DNA from: the human T2T-CHM13v2.0 reference genome, Homo sapiens
Assembly: GCF_009914755.1 (NCBI RefSeq)
Contig: NC_060929.1
Length of the DNA: 64,000 nucleotides
Strand: one strand, 5' to 3'
The notes under the pieces are model-generated. The model was not told where the DNA came from, did not search any database, and worked only from the letters and a program-made list of their open reading frames with translations. How positions within the stretch are numbered: position 1 is the stretch's first letter; each line of letters opens with the position of its first letter. Positions 48,540 to 62,527 of this stretch are shown here, in pieces. The position numbers and the translations under genes are program-made.

Positions 48540-48735
48540 AACCACCTTGCTTGAGGACTCACTACATTATCTTATTTCATGCAGCATCAGTTTCATGAGG
48601 CAAGTATTATTATCCCCATTATATAGATGAGAAAACTGAGATGCTGAGTTTTAGTGATTTTGCTCAAAGTCACACAGTTATAAAGTGACAGTACAGGGCT
48701 TCAAATCCAGATCAAAAACCCAGTACTGCCTCGCA
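48540..48735 (-). mobile_element. MIR
   Basis: tattattatccccattatatagatgagaaaactgag. Confidence 0.85.
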
Positions 48736-50275
48736 CCTGCATCTACAGCAAGCAGGGCAGGTGCTCGGTCGATTGAACTGGGCCACTTGGACCCACATCT
48801 ACAGCCTTCGGGTCTTCTCCTGTTGTTCTTCTCTGAGTCCAAGTCCAGAAACAACACCCTTCCCTTATTTGCCTTAATATAACAAAGATAAGCAGTTGGG
48901 TTCAAGCAGCATTTCTTAAAAAAAAAAAAAACAAGATACTGGGGAAAATAAGAAATTGCAAATAGGATCAGACAAAGACATAAAGGACTCTAATCTCGAG
49001 AATCTCAGTAAAAGCTTGAGACCGCTTTACGGAACCCCCATTCTCCTGCCAGTAACTGCTCTCGAACCACAGACAACTTAGTGCAATGTGCACCGTATTA
49101 TTTAGGGTACTTCTCTCTGACTTCCCTGCCCCATGTCAAAATTGCAGCTATTTTTATTTCTCAATATGTGAGAGCTATCTATGGAAGTACTCCATCTAAG
49201 GACACCGTCTTCTCAATTACAATCAGAGGAGCAAACCCGATTTGAGTTTCTCCCTTGGGATACAGGGCACCCCAAGGAATCATCCTACACAGGCTGGTCA
49301 GTTATCACCTCCACCCCCCCACTCCCTGGCTCTGTGACTCATCCCTCAGGGCCGCACCCTTCCCCCTTCCCCACATGGTCCATCCCTCAGGAAAGTGGTC
49401 TTTTATAATTAGAGTTTTAATATTTAAAATTAGCTTATGCATACGGTGACCATAACACAAATAGACTGCAACAGGTTATTCTCTTACAAGGGCTTTCCTG
49501 AGTATTTATCCAAATCTTCCTAATATAACAGCCTGTTCTAACAAGGGTGGACCAAATATCTTTTAACCCCTTAAGACCTAGAAGTGTGCCTGGTACAAAG
49601 GCAAACACTCACTCTTACCCATTATCTACAGAGATCCCCATCGGGCATTACTTCAGATGAAATTTTTCAAATAAAATCTTTAGCAAAATATCATTAGGCA
49701 CTATTCTTATTTTTGCATATAAAAATATGCTTATTTAGCTTTTTCTTGCATTCCAAATTGACTAATTTTCCTCCATAATAAAAAAAATCAGACTATTAGA
49801 TCATACAGATCAGAAATTACTGGGTTATAAAAGAATATAATTTTTAAAAGAGCTAATAATATGCACTAACCCTTAATGTCAAAGCCAAAGATTGAGATTC
49901 CATATGAATGCATGAATCCATTAAGCAGAAGTCATTTTCAATTATCAAGAAGAAGAGATCTGTATTCTTTGCAGAAATTAGAAATGGCAGAAAATAACAT
50001 AAACATTCATAACTGCTACAATTAGGACCAATAAAATTTTTAAATCAAATTAAAATCAGAGTGATGATAATAAGAGTAATGAAATTTATGTACCACCATG
50101 TTGCCCTATTTCCTCAGAGAAACCCCCAAGTCTATTATTTTGCAGGGATGAAAGGAATCAGTAGTCACTGCTTGCTTTTTCCAGGAGACTGGACTAAGGA
50201 TTCACCTGCTCCAATAGGGAAATGTACCAAATGTCATCACACGGCTGTGGCTGATGCCTCTCCAGCACCCCATGA

Positions 50276-51420
<1,145 letters not shown>

Positions 51421-51584
51421 TTTTTTCATTTCCTTTGAAGCCAGGGCAGACTGAGCCTAGGAAATGCCTGATCCTATGGTTCCACATATCCCCTGCATTC
51501 ATTTGGCACTTGTGGATCCCTATCCTGGGTAACCTGACACATAAGGGAACGAGAATCAGAAGGGGCTTTAGAACTGAGAAGTCA

Positions 51585-51872
51585 GGCTGGGTGCAGTGGC
51601 TCACACCTATAATCCCAGCACTTTGGGAGGCCAAGGTGGGAGGATTGCTTGAGCTCGGGAGTTTGAGACCAGACTGGGCAACATGGAGAAACCCCGTCTA
51701 CAAAAAATGTGAAAATTAGCCAGGCATGGTGGCACACACCTGCATTCCCAGCTACTCAGGAGGCTGAGGTGGGAGGATCGCTTGAGCCTGGGAAGCAGAG
51801 GTTGCACTGAACCAAGATTGTGCCACGGCACTCCAGATTGGGTCACAGAGTGAGACGCTGGCTCAAAGAAAA
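51585..51872 (+). mobile_element. AluJ
   Basis: TSD agaac(t/c)gagaagtca. Confidence 0.93.
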
Positions 51873-51919
51873 AGAACCGAGAAGTCAGATTTGTATAATT
51901 TAGCACACCCATGGTGGCT

Positions 51920-52285
51920 ATATTTGTTTTTAAGGACTTATCTTGAAGATCCCACCCTATCAACATAATGCACATTTTTCATAATCCAGAATCAATAATA
52001 GGTATTAACATATTTAAGCCCATAAATCACCTTGAGAGTCTGATAGATGTCTCAAACCCTCTCACCAAAGAAAGTATACAAAAAGTATACAAAATACAAA
52101 AAAAAGCTATAAATATTTGTTTTTAAGGACTTATCCTGAAGATCCCACCCTATCAATATAGTGTACATTTTTCATAATCCTAAAATCCAGAATCAATGAC
52201 AGGTATTAACCTATTTAGCCCACAAATCACCTTGAGAATCTGATAGAAGTCTCAAACCCTCTCACCAAAAAAAAAGTATACAAAA
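51920..52285. repeat. Diverged tandem duplication, ~165-bp unit x2
   Basis: atatttgtttttaaggacttatc...gtctcaaaccctctcaccaaa..aaagtatacaaaa at 51920 and 52113. Confidence 0.95.
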
Positions 52286-52769
52286 TTCATTCAAATTTTT
52301 TCATTCAATTTCAGGAGGTTCACAAGCCTACTAAAGCCCAGCCAGACCCTCAGGGGACCTATGAATTAATCCCAAGCTAAGAAACCTGCTTTAGGGTCTT
52401 TTTGCATTTCCTTGAAATACTCAGGATTAAAATTAACTGGCTTAATTTGAAGTAAGAAATTAAAGTCCTAAACTAATAAAGTTGATGCTTATTAATGTTA
52501 TTATGTATTTGGGGCCATGTCAAGACAGCCAGATATCTGGTCCCTAGTCTGGGATCACTGTTTGGATAAATAGGAGCTTGAAGAGAAACAAAATAGCTCT
52601 ATGGAATTGTCACTGGACTGGGCATTTAAGTTTTATTCTAATGAAGTAGGATGCACTGTCCTGATGCCTTTTCCTGACACTAGTCTTAAGCAAACCTCAC
52701 AGAGAGGAGAAGATACATATATAGAGAACATGTGCTCTAAGATGTCCTCTTACTCAAGAATCAGGAGCG

Positions 52770-53743
52770 TGATACGACATTCTGACAGGTTCTTCTTGCC
52801 TGCTGCCCAGGACAGCCAATGCACTGAGAACAGCACGTTTTGCAGCAAAGAGGAGTTCCATAATCACAAGGCCAGCCAAGCAGAAGGATGAGAGATAATT
52901 CTCAAATCCACCTCCCTGACAGCTCAGAGTCTAGGGTTTTGAAGGATAATTTTGTGGGCAGAAGGCTATAGAATGGGTGCTGCTGATTGGTTAGAGATGA
53001 AATCATAGGAATGTCCCAAATGTCTTCGTGTGCTGAGTCAATTTCTGGGGGGCAGGGGGTGGTGGGGTCACAAGACCAGGTGAGTCATGGGTCCAGGTGG
53101 AGTCAGTCAGTTGCCAGAATGCAAAAGCCTGGAAAATATTTCAAAGACCAACCTTAGGTATATTATCTATAGGAACAATTAGGAAAGTTTCAAATCTTGT
53201 GATCTCTGGCTATGTGACTCTTGACAGTAAACAATTTTAGAAAAGCAATCTAGGGAACAATACTGGTTATTGTTTACACCTATATCTCAGCAGAATTCAG
53301 GCCCCTCCCATAATGCTAATCTTATTGCCTTTCATTAGTATCACAAAAGCAATTTTGGTCCCCAAGCAAGGAGGGAGTTAGTTTTGCGAGGAAACTGTTA
53401 TCATATTTGTTTTAAAGTTAACAAAGGCAGTTAGCTTGTGAGTTTAGAAACGAGAAGGGGCCAGGCGCGGGGGCTCATGCCTGTAATCCCAGCACTTTGG
53501 GAGGCTGAGGCAGGCGGATCACAAGGTCAGGAGATCGAGACCATCCTGGCTAACACAGTGAAACCCCGTCTCTACTAAAAATACAAAAAATTAGCCTGGC
53601 ATGGTGGCGAGCGCCTGTAGTCCCACCTACTTGGGAGGCTGAGGCAAGAGAATGGCGTGAACCCAGAAGGTGGAGCTTGCAGTGAGCCGAGATTGCACCA
53701 CTCACTGCACTCCAGCCTGGGCGACAGAGCAAGACTCCATCTC

Positions 53744-53775
<32 letters not shown>

Positions 53776-53836
53776 GAAACAAGATGGAATCAGTAAGGTC
53801 AGATTTCTCTGTTATAATTTTTGCAAGGCAGTTTCA
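52770..53836 (-). mobile_element. LTR8-family ERV1 solo LTR split by an Alu
   Basis: Reverse complement starts tgaaactgccttgcaaaaattataacagagaaatctgacc. Confidence 0.8.
53459..53775 (+). mobile_element. AluY
   Basis: gagaccatcctggctaacacagtg, gaatggcgtgaaccc. Confidence 0.94.
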
Positions 53837-55164
53837 ATGACAAGAGTACTTTATGAAGAACTGGACACACTACAGGCTCTTAAAAAATAAACATAATAAG
53901 CCATATATAATTTGATGTTTAAAATATAAAGAAAAATGCTTTCTTATTGCACCTGAGTGTCATGGAGCCAATTCATACACAAGTTAGAGACTTCTGACCT
54001 AGAGCCTCTTTCTGAACTAAGAAATCATAGAAAACCATGAATTGATTCTCCCTTCTTTGTGGGCCTTGGTCTTACACGTATCTTTCAGCAGTCCACTTCA
54101 GTTCTCTTACTCTTGTCCTGACACGGATATAAGCTACTGACAGAAATCATCAGTGATGGGATCACACAGAGGGTAGAGTGAGAAGATATGACTGTGGTGC
54201 CCATTCTTTACAGCAATTTCTCAGCCCAGGCTAAAACTGTGAAAAGAAGAGGAAGAGAGGGTCCTCGGGAAAAGTATGTTAGCAGTGGCGAGTATCCGAG
54301 TCACCAGCAGCATATCCATACAGGTCTACAGCAACCTCAGTTCTTGCCTCCTCAGAAGAAAGAATTTGACTGAGAGGCATAAGGCAGAAAAAGAGACTGA
54401 GGCAAGTTTTAGAACAGAAGTGAAAGTTTATTAAAAAGCTTTAGAACACGAACGAAAAGAAAGTAAAGTACACTTGGAAGAGGGCCAAGCAGCCATCTTG
54501 CAGGACAAGTGCAAGGTTTGACCTCTTGACTTGGGGTTTTATATGTTGCCATTCTTCCAGGGTCTTACATCCCTCCTCTCTTGATTATTCCCTTGGGGTG
54601 AGCTGCCCACACAGCACAGTAGCCTACTAGCATTTGGGAGGTAAGCAAGCGCAGTGTGTTTACTGGAGTTGTATGCATGCCTACCTGAGGTGTTCTTCCC
54701 TTTATGGCCTCTGAAGGTCATAATATACCAGTTAAACTCCACCATTTTGCCTCTTAATGCGCATGCTTGGGCCCATTTGCCCAACTCCTGAGATCTTATT
54801 GGTAAGCTGCTGATCACCAGTTTCAGATGGTTGACAAGCAGTTTCTCAATTGCTGAAAATACTGACAATGGACAGATTAATAGGAGAAAAGGCAGACTAA
54901 TTTATTGAATGTACATAAACCCAGCATGATTCCCCAACAACCCAATGGGGCACAGATGTTTATATACCCTTCTTCACAGGGGATGGGGAAGTTGGGGAAT
55001 GTATGCAATTCTTTAAAGGGGTAGTAAATGATTATTAGGGAGAATGAATGGACCAGGGAGCCAAAAATTATTGGGAAACTGCCTTTCCCTGGCACTGGCT
55101 GTGACCAATTATTATTTTAGAGACAGCTTAACAACTGCCTGACCATCACCTGATGGTTTCCTGC

Positions 55165-56423
55165 TGAGAGGTGACAGTGTGCTGGCAGCCCTCGCTCGCT
55201 CTCGGCACCTCCTCGGCCTTGGCGCCCACTCTGGCCACACTTGAGGAGCCCTTCAGCCCACCACTGCACTATGGGAGCCCCTTTCTGGGCTGGTTGAGAC
55301 CACAGCCAGCTTCCTCTGCTTGCAGGGAGGTGCGGAGGAGAGGCGCGGAAGGGAACCGGGGCTGCGCGCAGCAGACCAGCTCGAGTTCGGGGTGGGCATG
55401 GGCTCGGCGGGCCCCGCACTCAGAGCAGCCGGCCGGCACCCGCGGCCAGGGCAGTGAGGGGCTTAGCACCCGGGCCAGCAGCTGCGGAGGGTGCACCAGG
55501 TCCCCCAGCAGAGCCGGCCCGCTGGCACTGCGCTCAAATTCTCGCAGGGTCTCAGCTGCCTCCCTGTGGGGCAGGGCTCAGGAACTGCAGCCTGCCATGC
55601 CCAAGCCTCCCCCTAGCCGTGGGCTCCTGCGCGGCCTGAACCTCCCCGAGGAGCACAGCTCCCTACTCCACGGCACCTGGTCCCATCAGCCGCTCAAGGC
55701 CTGAGGAGTGCGGGTGCGCAGCGCAGGACTGGCGGGCAGCTCTGCCTGCAGCCCCCGGTGTGGGATCCACTGGGCTCCTGAGTCTAGTGGGGACTTGGAG
55801 AACCTTTATGTCTAGCTGAGGGATTGTAAATACACCAATCAGCACTCTGTGTCTAGCTCAAGGTTTGTAAACATACCAATCAGCACCCTGTGTCTAGCTC
55901 AAGGTTTGTAAATGCACCAATCAGTGCTCTGTGTCTAGCTAATCTAGTGGGGACTTGGAGAACTTTTGTGTCTAACTCAGGGATTATAAAGGCACCAATC
56001 AGCACCCTGTCGAAACGGACCAATCAGCTCTCTGTAAAATGAACCAATCAGCAGGATGTGGGTGGGGCCAGATAAGGGAATAAAAGCAGGCTGCCCGAGC
56101 CAGCAGGGGCAACCCGCTCCGGTCCCTTTCCACACTGTGGAAGCTTTGTTCTTTCGCACTTTGCAATAAATCTTGCTGCTGCTCAGTCTTTGGGTCCGCA
56201 CTGCCTTCATGAGCTGTAACACTCACCGCGAAGGTCTGCAGTTTCACTCCTGAGACCAGCGAGACCACGAACCCAACAGAAGGAAGAAACTCTGAACACA
56301 TCCTAACATCAGAAGGAACAAACTCCAGACACACCACCTTTAAGAATTGTAACACTCACTGCGAGGGTCCGCGGCTTCATTCTTGAAGTCAGTGAGACCA
56401 AGAACCCACCAATTCCAGACACA
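55165..56423 (+). mobile_element. LTR12 (ERV9) solo LTR, LTR12C-like
   Basis: tgagaggtgacagtgtgctggcagccctc ... gaacccaccaattccagacaca; tandem accaatcagcac repeats; 4-bp TSD ctgc. Confidence 0.95.
55825..56110 (+). promoter_or_regulatory. LTR12 U3 promoter: multiple CCAAT (NF-Y) boxes, GC box, GATA and AATAAAA TATA-like element
   Basis: Six ccaatc motifs, gtgggtggggc, cagataag, aataaaagc; known ERV9 LTR promoter architecture. Confidence 0.7.
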
Positions 56424-56640
56424 CTGCCATTCCTGGTGGGGGCAAGGGCCCTCTCCTGCCCTGCTCATGCCTGACTGTCTACCTACTGTAACAAGCATAG
56501 CTACCAACAAGATTCCTTAATATTGCATCCCTGCTAATGTCTCCATTTTTAACCGTTAGATCTCTCCAAACGACTCTAGTTATTTACATTACTTTTTTGT
56601 GGCATTTCAAGTTGTTTGCAAGGAAACACTATATATATAG

Positions 56641-57200
56641 GTGAAGTAGCCCAGGGAATTCCACTCCAAAATATAGCACCATGGTATACTGATATTTTAA
56701 ATTAAAGGCACTTGAAGGTCAGCAGATGCTTGAAAGAGGCTCTCCTCTGATATTCTCTTATCTACCTTAAGACTGGATCTGCCAAAGAGAACACAATTGC
56801 CTTCCATCCCTGCTCTGAAATCTCACTGCCCATCACAGAAAAGAAGACTGAGGAATGCAACCACACCTGGATGGACTTTTTCACAAGATAATGCCTGCCT
56901 CTTGGGCTCATTCAAATTGCAAAAAGAATCATTTACAAGTTAATTTCTGTCTCCCTGTTTCATTCATTCTCCCTAATAGTCAGTTACTACCCCTTAAAAG
57001 AATTGCCTACATTCCCCAACTTCCTCATCCCCTGTGAAGAACAGTATGTAAACATTTGTCCCCCACTGGGTTGTTGGGGGATCATTCTCATGCAATTCCC
57101 CTGGGCTTATGCACATTAAATAAATTGGTACACCTTTTCTCCTATTGATCTGTCCGTTGTCAGTACTGTCAGCAAACCTTCAGAGAAGTTTTCCTCCAGG
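56641..57200 (+). mobile_element. MER34-group ERV1 LTR
   Basis: ccactccaaaatatagcacc..ttttaaattaaaggcacttgaa; 3' aataaattgg..ttttctcctattgatctg..cagcaaaccttcagag. Confidence 0.7.
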
Positions 57201-57594
57201 GAAAGCTTTCCTTAGCTCCTTCAGCATAAGTCTAAGCATAAAACAAGAGAAAAAAGCAACAAGAGAGCTCAAAGGGGAAACGCAGGTGAGACCAACAGGA
57301 TTGCAGGAAGCAACCTGCTCCTCTTAGGTTCAGGTGGTATTAAGACAGCCCTGCTGTGAATATTGCTTTAAGGGTTGGATTTAAAGTGAAGTGACTGTTG
57401 AAAGAATAAGGCACGCCCTCATATCAATGATAAGTCTCCTAACCAGGATTGACGATTCTTATGTATGGACTCCAATTATTTCAATGCCACATATTAAATT
57501 TCACCCCAAATTCTCAAAAGTGAATTCATTTTTTAATTTTAAGAAGAATAGATTTTCAAGTTTTGCATACTTTCAGTTAGATGATGGCCTTACC

Positions 57595-57625
<31 letters not shown>

Positions 57626-57958
57626 TGTTGCCATACCCAAAGATTTTAGAAATCCTGGTCTAGAAAGCCCTTGAGAGAAGTAGTTCACAACTCTGGCAAC
57701 GCTGGCTGCACATTGGAACCTCCTAGGACCCACTCCTAGAAAGTTTTATTGAATTTTTATGCCGTATACTCAGGCATTAGTATTGTTAAGGTTGAGAACC
57801 AGTTCTAGAAACTTGTTATAACAAATATGTACTTTTTCTTAAATATCCCAAGAACTGATCCCACATTCTTTTTGCTCTTGACTCCTTATAGCCGGTGTCT
57901 ACGTCCTGAAATTATCAGTATGAGAGAAAAAGTAAGAAGTATGGCCTTCCCAGATTGG

Positions 57959-58352
57959 TGAGGCAGAAGATGACCTAGGGGCAGAGCATAAGATGCATGA
58001 TTTGGTCCTATGTAGTAGAAACACGTCAACAATAACTTACGCATACCCTGAGAATGACCCTTGTGGCAGATGCACCCGACAGCAACAAGTTAAGAAATTA
58101 GGGCTGCCACCAGGAGGTTGGTAGGGAGAGGGTGCTAAGTGAAGGTGCTACATAAACTGCGTGCTTTTCACAAGTGGTTGTTTCTCCTGTGCAGCCCACT
58201 CCCTCTGGACCGTCCCTATATATTCCCTGTATGCAAGTTCCCCCAAATAAAACCTTATGTCTTGTTTGCTGACTCCAGGTCTCTTCTTCGGCCTCTTGAA
58301 GTTGGTGCCATCCCTAGTAAAGTTAATAGGAGTCTGGGCATCTGGGGTGACA
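57959..58352 (+). mobile_element. Solo LTR (LTR47/LTR18-like, family uncertain)
   Basis: gcataccctgagaatgacccttgtggcagatgcacc; ccaaataaaaccttatgtc..tctcttcttcggcctcttgaa. Confidence 0.6.
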
Positions 58353-60464
58353 GGTTCCTCCCCAACTCACATTCCTGCTCACACCTGTCCATAGCCTCAA
58401 AAAAGGATGTGATGACTGAAACTCATTTACATCCCCATTATTCCTGCATTATCATTGTTTGTAAATGCCATTTTTCTTTACCCCTGCCTAAAACAGAAAT
58501 GAAAGCAAGAGGAGACAAAAAGGCTAATGCAACATTCCAGTAGAATCACAAAAGCAGGGCATGGGACTGCCTTATTAACTTCATTGTAGTGATGTGTTAT
58601 AAAATGCAAATTGCCGAAAGAGGGCAGTAATTTGTTAATAAATATGTTAATTAGGCAGAGTAAATGCCATACTGCATGGAGGGGGGAAGAAAATCACTGA
58701 TTGTAAACTCCACGCACAGCAGATTTCAGAGGGCAAGATGTAGTTAATAAAACTACCTTTATGTTTTATATTGCTGCTCTTTAACATAAATAGCTAATAA
58801 GCAATTTACATTAACGGTGTGGGCACAAATGTAAATTAGCCCATCTTTGGTTTATATTACTGCAATGCAGTCCTAATGCTAAAGTGTTGCATTTGGCGAT
58901 TTCATTAAGGGAAAGATCTGAGAACCCCATACAGTCCTAGGGCCCGCTTCAAGGGATTTTAATATGAAACCAAAATTCCACTGCACATTCTTGTTCACCA
59001 CGTGGGAATTTCCAGAAAGGGCTCTGCTATCAAATATTTTCCCTGTCCATGGCTATGTCCACAACTCTGAGCTCCTGTGGGTGTTCAAAATATCCTGCTC
59101 GCCAAAAATGCCTCACAACCCTGAGGCTGCAACAATATGGTCTTGTGCAATTGCAGTCTGGACTTCTGCTCAACTCTCTGCTTGCCGACTGGTAGCAGCC
59201 TGACTCAACTACAAACAAAGAGACCCTTGTTATCAAAGGGACTTTCACAGGTCCAGGTGGCTGGAGGAAGGAACTGAGGAGGACCTTCAGGGCTTTCTGA
59301 GTCTATATTCCCACTAGCCACAAAGATCGAATGCAAATGCTAGCAAATTCCAGCAACACACATTTGTGCTGCTTGAACCCATGGAAGTTTTCCATTTCTG
59401 GCCTCATTCATCTGCGACCTCTCCTACTCACAGGGTCTTTCTTTAGTCATGCTGTGCAAGCAGCTACTGTATATACCAAAAGTTAATTTTACTACACACT
59501 TCAGTGTGTCGCCGGAGGTGCAATAAATCACGAACCAATTTCCGATTTTGTTATGCCCTACTTGATAAGGACGTGAAGCATTCTTTCCCCCAGTATACAT
59601 GTTTTTAAACATGAGGATTAGAAGTAGGAACACATCTCTTGATGCACAGTGACATTTTAGCCTTCCTTTACAAGAGAAGTTGACCCCTGCAGGTCCTATT
59701 AGAATAAAACATCAACTTGGGTCCAGAAGCTGCCTACAGGCCTTTAGAACACCTTGTAGAAGAAGTTTTGGTTTTCTTTTTTTTTTTTCCAACTTTAGCA
59801 AATAGATTCCTTTAGATGAAATACAAGTTGTTGGGGCAGTTTTATTCTCAATTGTGCTGCCTTTTTTTTAAAGGTATAGAATAAGGTATTGAAAAGTTCA
59901 TAGAATCCAGTTCTTAGAGATGGATAAAGAGACTTTAGCATTCCTTCTACAAATTTAACTTTTTTTAATTTGCAAGTAAAAATTGCTTACATGTTTATAG
60001 TATATAATATGATGTTTTGATATACATTATGGAATGGCTAAATCAAGCTATTTCACATATGGTAACATATGACAACTAACCCTTTATATTAATTCCCTTG
60101 CTGCTGTCTATACTCACAATGACAATAAAGCCTATTTCTTGAGGTTATTCTGAGGTTTAAATAAGATTATACATCACTAATTGGCAATCACCACAGTAAT
60201 AACTGTGTTTAGTGGTAATCACCAATGGATGCTAAAACTAGTGGGTAACACTTGGATGAGAAATAGGGTATTACGTAGTCTTAAAAAATGTCCCTACAAG
60301 AAAGATACCCACCAAAAAGTTGCTGGGTAGTTAATCTAGCGAGCAAAATGATACTGGAGTGGAGAGAGTCGAACAGGAGACACATATTACTTGGGTCTCA
60401 AAAAAAATGGAGTTAAAGATTTAGAAGAAGAATGAAGAAAAGAAAAAGAAATGCTCCATTACAG

Positions 60465-60988
60465 TGCAGGAGAAAAATATATTTTCTCATCTATCACTAG
60501 ATTCACGGCTAAGCCTCCTATAACAAAAGAGATTAACAAGAAAAAAGCATAGAAATCTATTTAATGTAAGTTTTATGTGACATGGGGGCCCTCATAAGGA
60601 AATGAAGACCTGAAGAAATGGGTAAACCTATGTGTTTTTTATGCTTGGTTTGATGAAGTGGACAGTTGTAGAAAACACAATTGGACAAAGGGTATGATCT
60701 AATGGTAATAAACTGGGGGAAACTTAACAAGACCTAGGTGTTAGATTCTTCTATGTCCCTGTGTCTTTAAAAATAAGGGGGCTCCCTTCCTCTGGATATA
60801 GGGAGGCTGCCTCTCACATGAGGGTCTTATGACTTGCGTCAGGGAAAGGTCAGAGAATCCTTACTAGGTTTATGATTTGTTTCAGAGGAAAAGGGAAGGG
60901 GAAGGTGAGAGTGACCCTCCAGCTTCTGCAGTTTAGTCAAATGCCAAAATGCCCTATTTTGGTGTAGTACGTCCTGAACCCCACCACC
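60465..60988 (-). mobile_element. ERV1 LTR, MER34/MER39-group
   Basis: cctataacaaaagagattaacaagaaaaaagcat..gccaaaatgccctattttggtgtagtacgtcctgaacccc. Confidence 0.65.
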
Positions 60989-61289
60989 AGCAAAAGAAAG
61001 GGAGCCAATGATTAGGGTCTCCTCCACAATCACATAAACAAGTACCACCCAAGCTACACATGAACTCATACTTTCACTTAGGCTCAAATCTCATATGCAA
61101 GGACGTAGGATGCCTTCAGGTAGAGGAGACAAAATATGAAACAACAGAAAGTGCAGAGAGTTTGAAGTAGAAGTCCTGGGTTCAAACCCCAGCCCCACCT
61201 CTTGCCAGAATCACACCTTTTGAAAGAAAAGGATATTAATAAATAAATCAATACAATTCCAAAACCTGACTATTACACATACATGCCAC

Positions 61290-62520
61290 TCTCGGTCAAT
61301 AAATAAATTTTGAAAGGATACATACAATCCCTTTGGAGAACAGTTTGGCAATATCTAGAGAAGTTTAAAATACACATCCTATGACTAAGGAATTTTCTTC
61401 CTAGGTAAATACCTTAGAGAAACTCACATACTTACATCAGGAGGCACATATAAGACTGTTCATTACAGTATTGTTTATGGTAGCAAAAACTGAAAGCAAC
61501 GTAATCATCCATCAAACAGAAAATTAATGTATAGATTGTGATATATTCATATAATTAAATACCATATAGCTATGCAAATGAATACAGTAAAAGGCTGTAT
61601 ATACCTATGAAATGGGAGAGTTCTCTGGCCCCTTCACGGGACTTACGATAGGGGTGGCTCATTTACTCGGCCACCACATTCAATCCCATATAGAAGGGAG
61701 CACACAAGTGGACAAGTGTGAGAACTAGAGTGAACAAACGCTGGAGCCGGCTGCTTCTCTCTGGTGGGAGCAGGCTCTATGCGGGCCCTGTGGCAGCATC
61801 CAAGCATGTTATGTTGCTCTTTTAGGAGGGTGTGTCTGCCACCCCCAGAGCCCCAGAGGGCATGTGTTAACAATCAGTGCTCTTTTAGCATTTGCCATCT
61901 GCAGATGGCTGTTAAGCAGCTCAGTGGAGTTCAGGGTGACAGCCTTTTACACCCTGCCCTCTTGGTACCTGAGTTCTTGTCCAGCATCCAGGAAAAATCA
62001 GGTCACATGAATGAATTGAACTGTTGTGAATGTGGAGGACTTTATTGATGGTGGAATTGGCTCTTGGTGGAAAGGGAAGCTGAAAAGGGGGTGGAGTGGG
62101 AAGATAATCTTTCCCTGGAGTCTAGCCGTTCCTGGCCAAACTCCTCTCCAACCATAGTCTCCAACATCCAGCTGCTGCTTCTCCTCTCAACATTCAGACC
62201 CTTCTCTCTTCTGTGTGAGTCTCCTGAGTCTGGGGTCTGGGGCTCTTATGGGCACAGGATAGGGGGCAGGGCAGGGTAGGCCAAAAGGCAACATTCAGGT
62301 GGGAAAACAGGGATAGTTCTTACTTTGGGCCACAGTTTCAGGCTTGAGGGGGGGCCCTCGCTGGGGAATCACCCTCCTGCCTCTATCATGGCGTCATCTA
62401 CATGAATGACTCTTATAATGCTGAATGAAAAATCATGATTTTCCATGCCACATACAATATGATTAGAATATGTACAATATGTGTAATATACAATATGATT
62501 CCATAAATATATTATTTTAA
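61290..62520 (+). mobile_element. Ancient L1M 3' region split by an LTR
   Basis: ctttggagaacagtttggcaatatct..gttcattacagtattgtttatggtagcaaaaactg. Confidence 0.7.
61608..62388 (-). mobile_element. ERV1 LTR, MER52/LTR27-group
   Basis: tgaaatgggagagttctctggccccttcacgggactt ... caggcttgagggggggccctcgctggggaa..ctctatca. Confidence 0.75.
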
Positions 62521-62527
62521 AACGTTA

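Larger units (their letters stand above)
54277..56493 (-). mobile_element. MER50-like ERV1 LTR with two internal insertions
   Basis: gcagcaacc-type block ttcttgcctcctcagaagaaagaatttgactgag; other end cctgccctgctcatg..ctactgtaaca; TSD agta/agca. Confidence 0.8.

Noticed and set aside
55171-55704. 177-aa GC-rich ORF / CpG island of a host gene
   Set aside because: Entirely within the LTR12 U3 region
55800-56050. Regularly spaced ~41-bp repeats as a CRISPR-like array
   Set aside because: Known tandem CCAAT repeats of LTR12; no unique spacers
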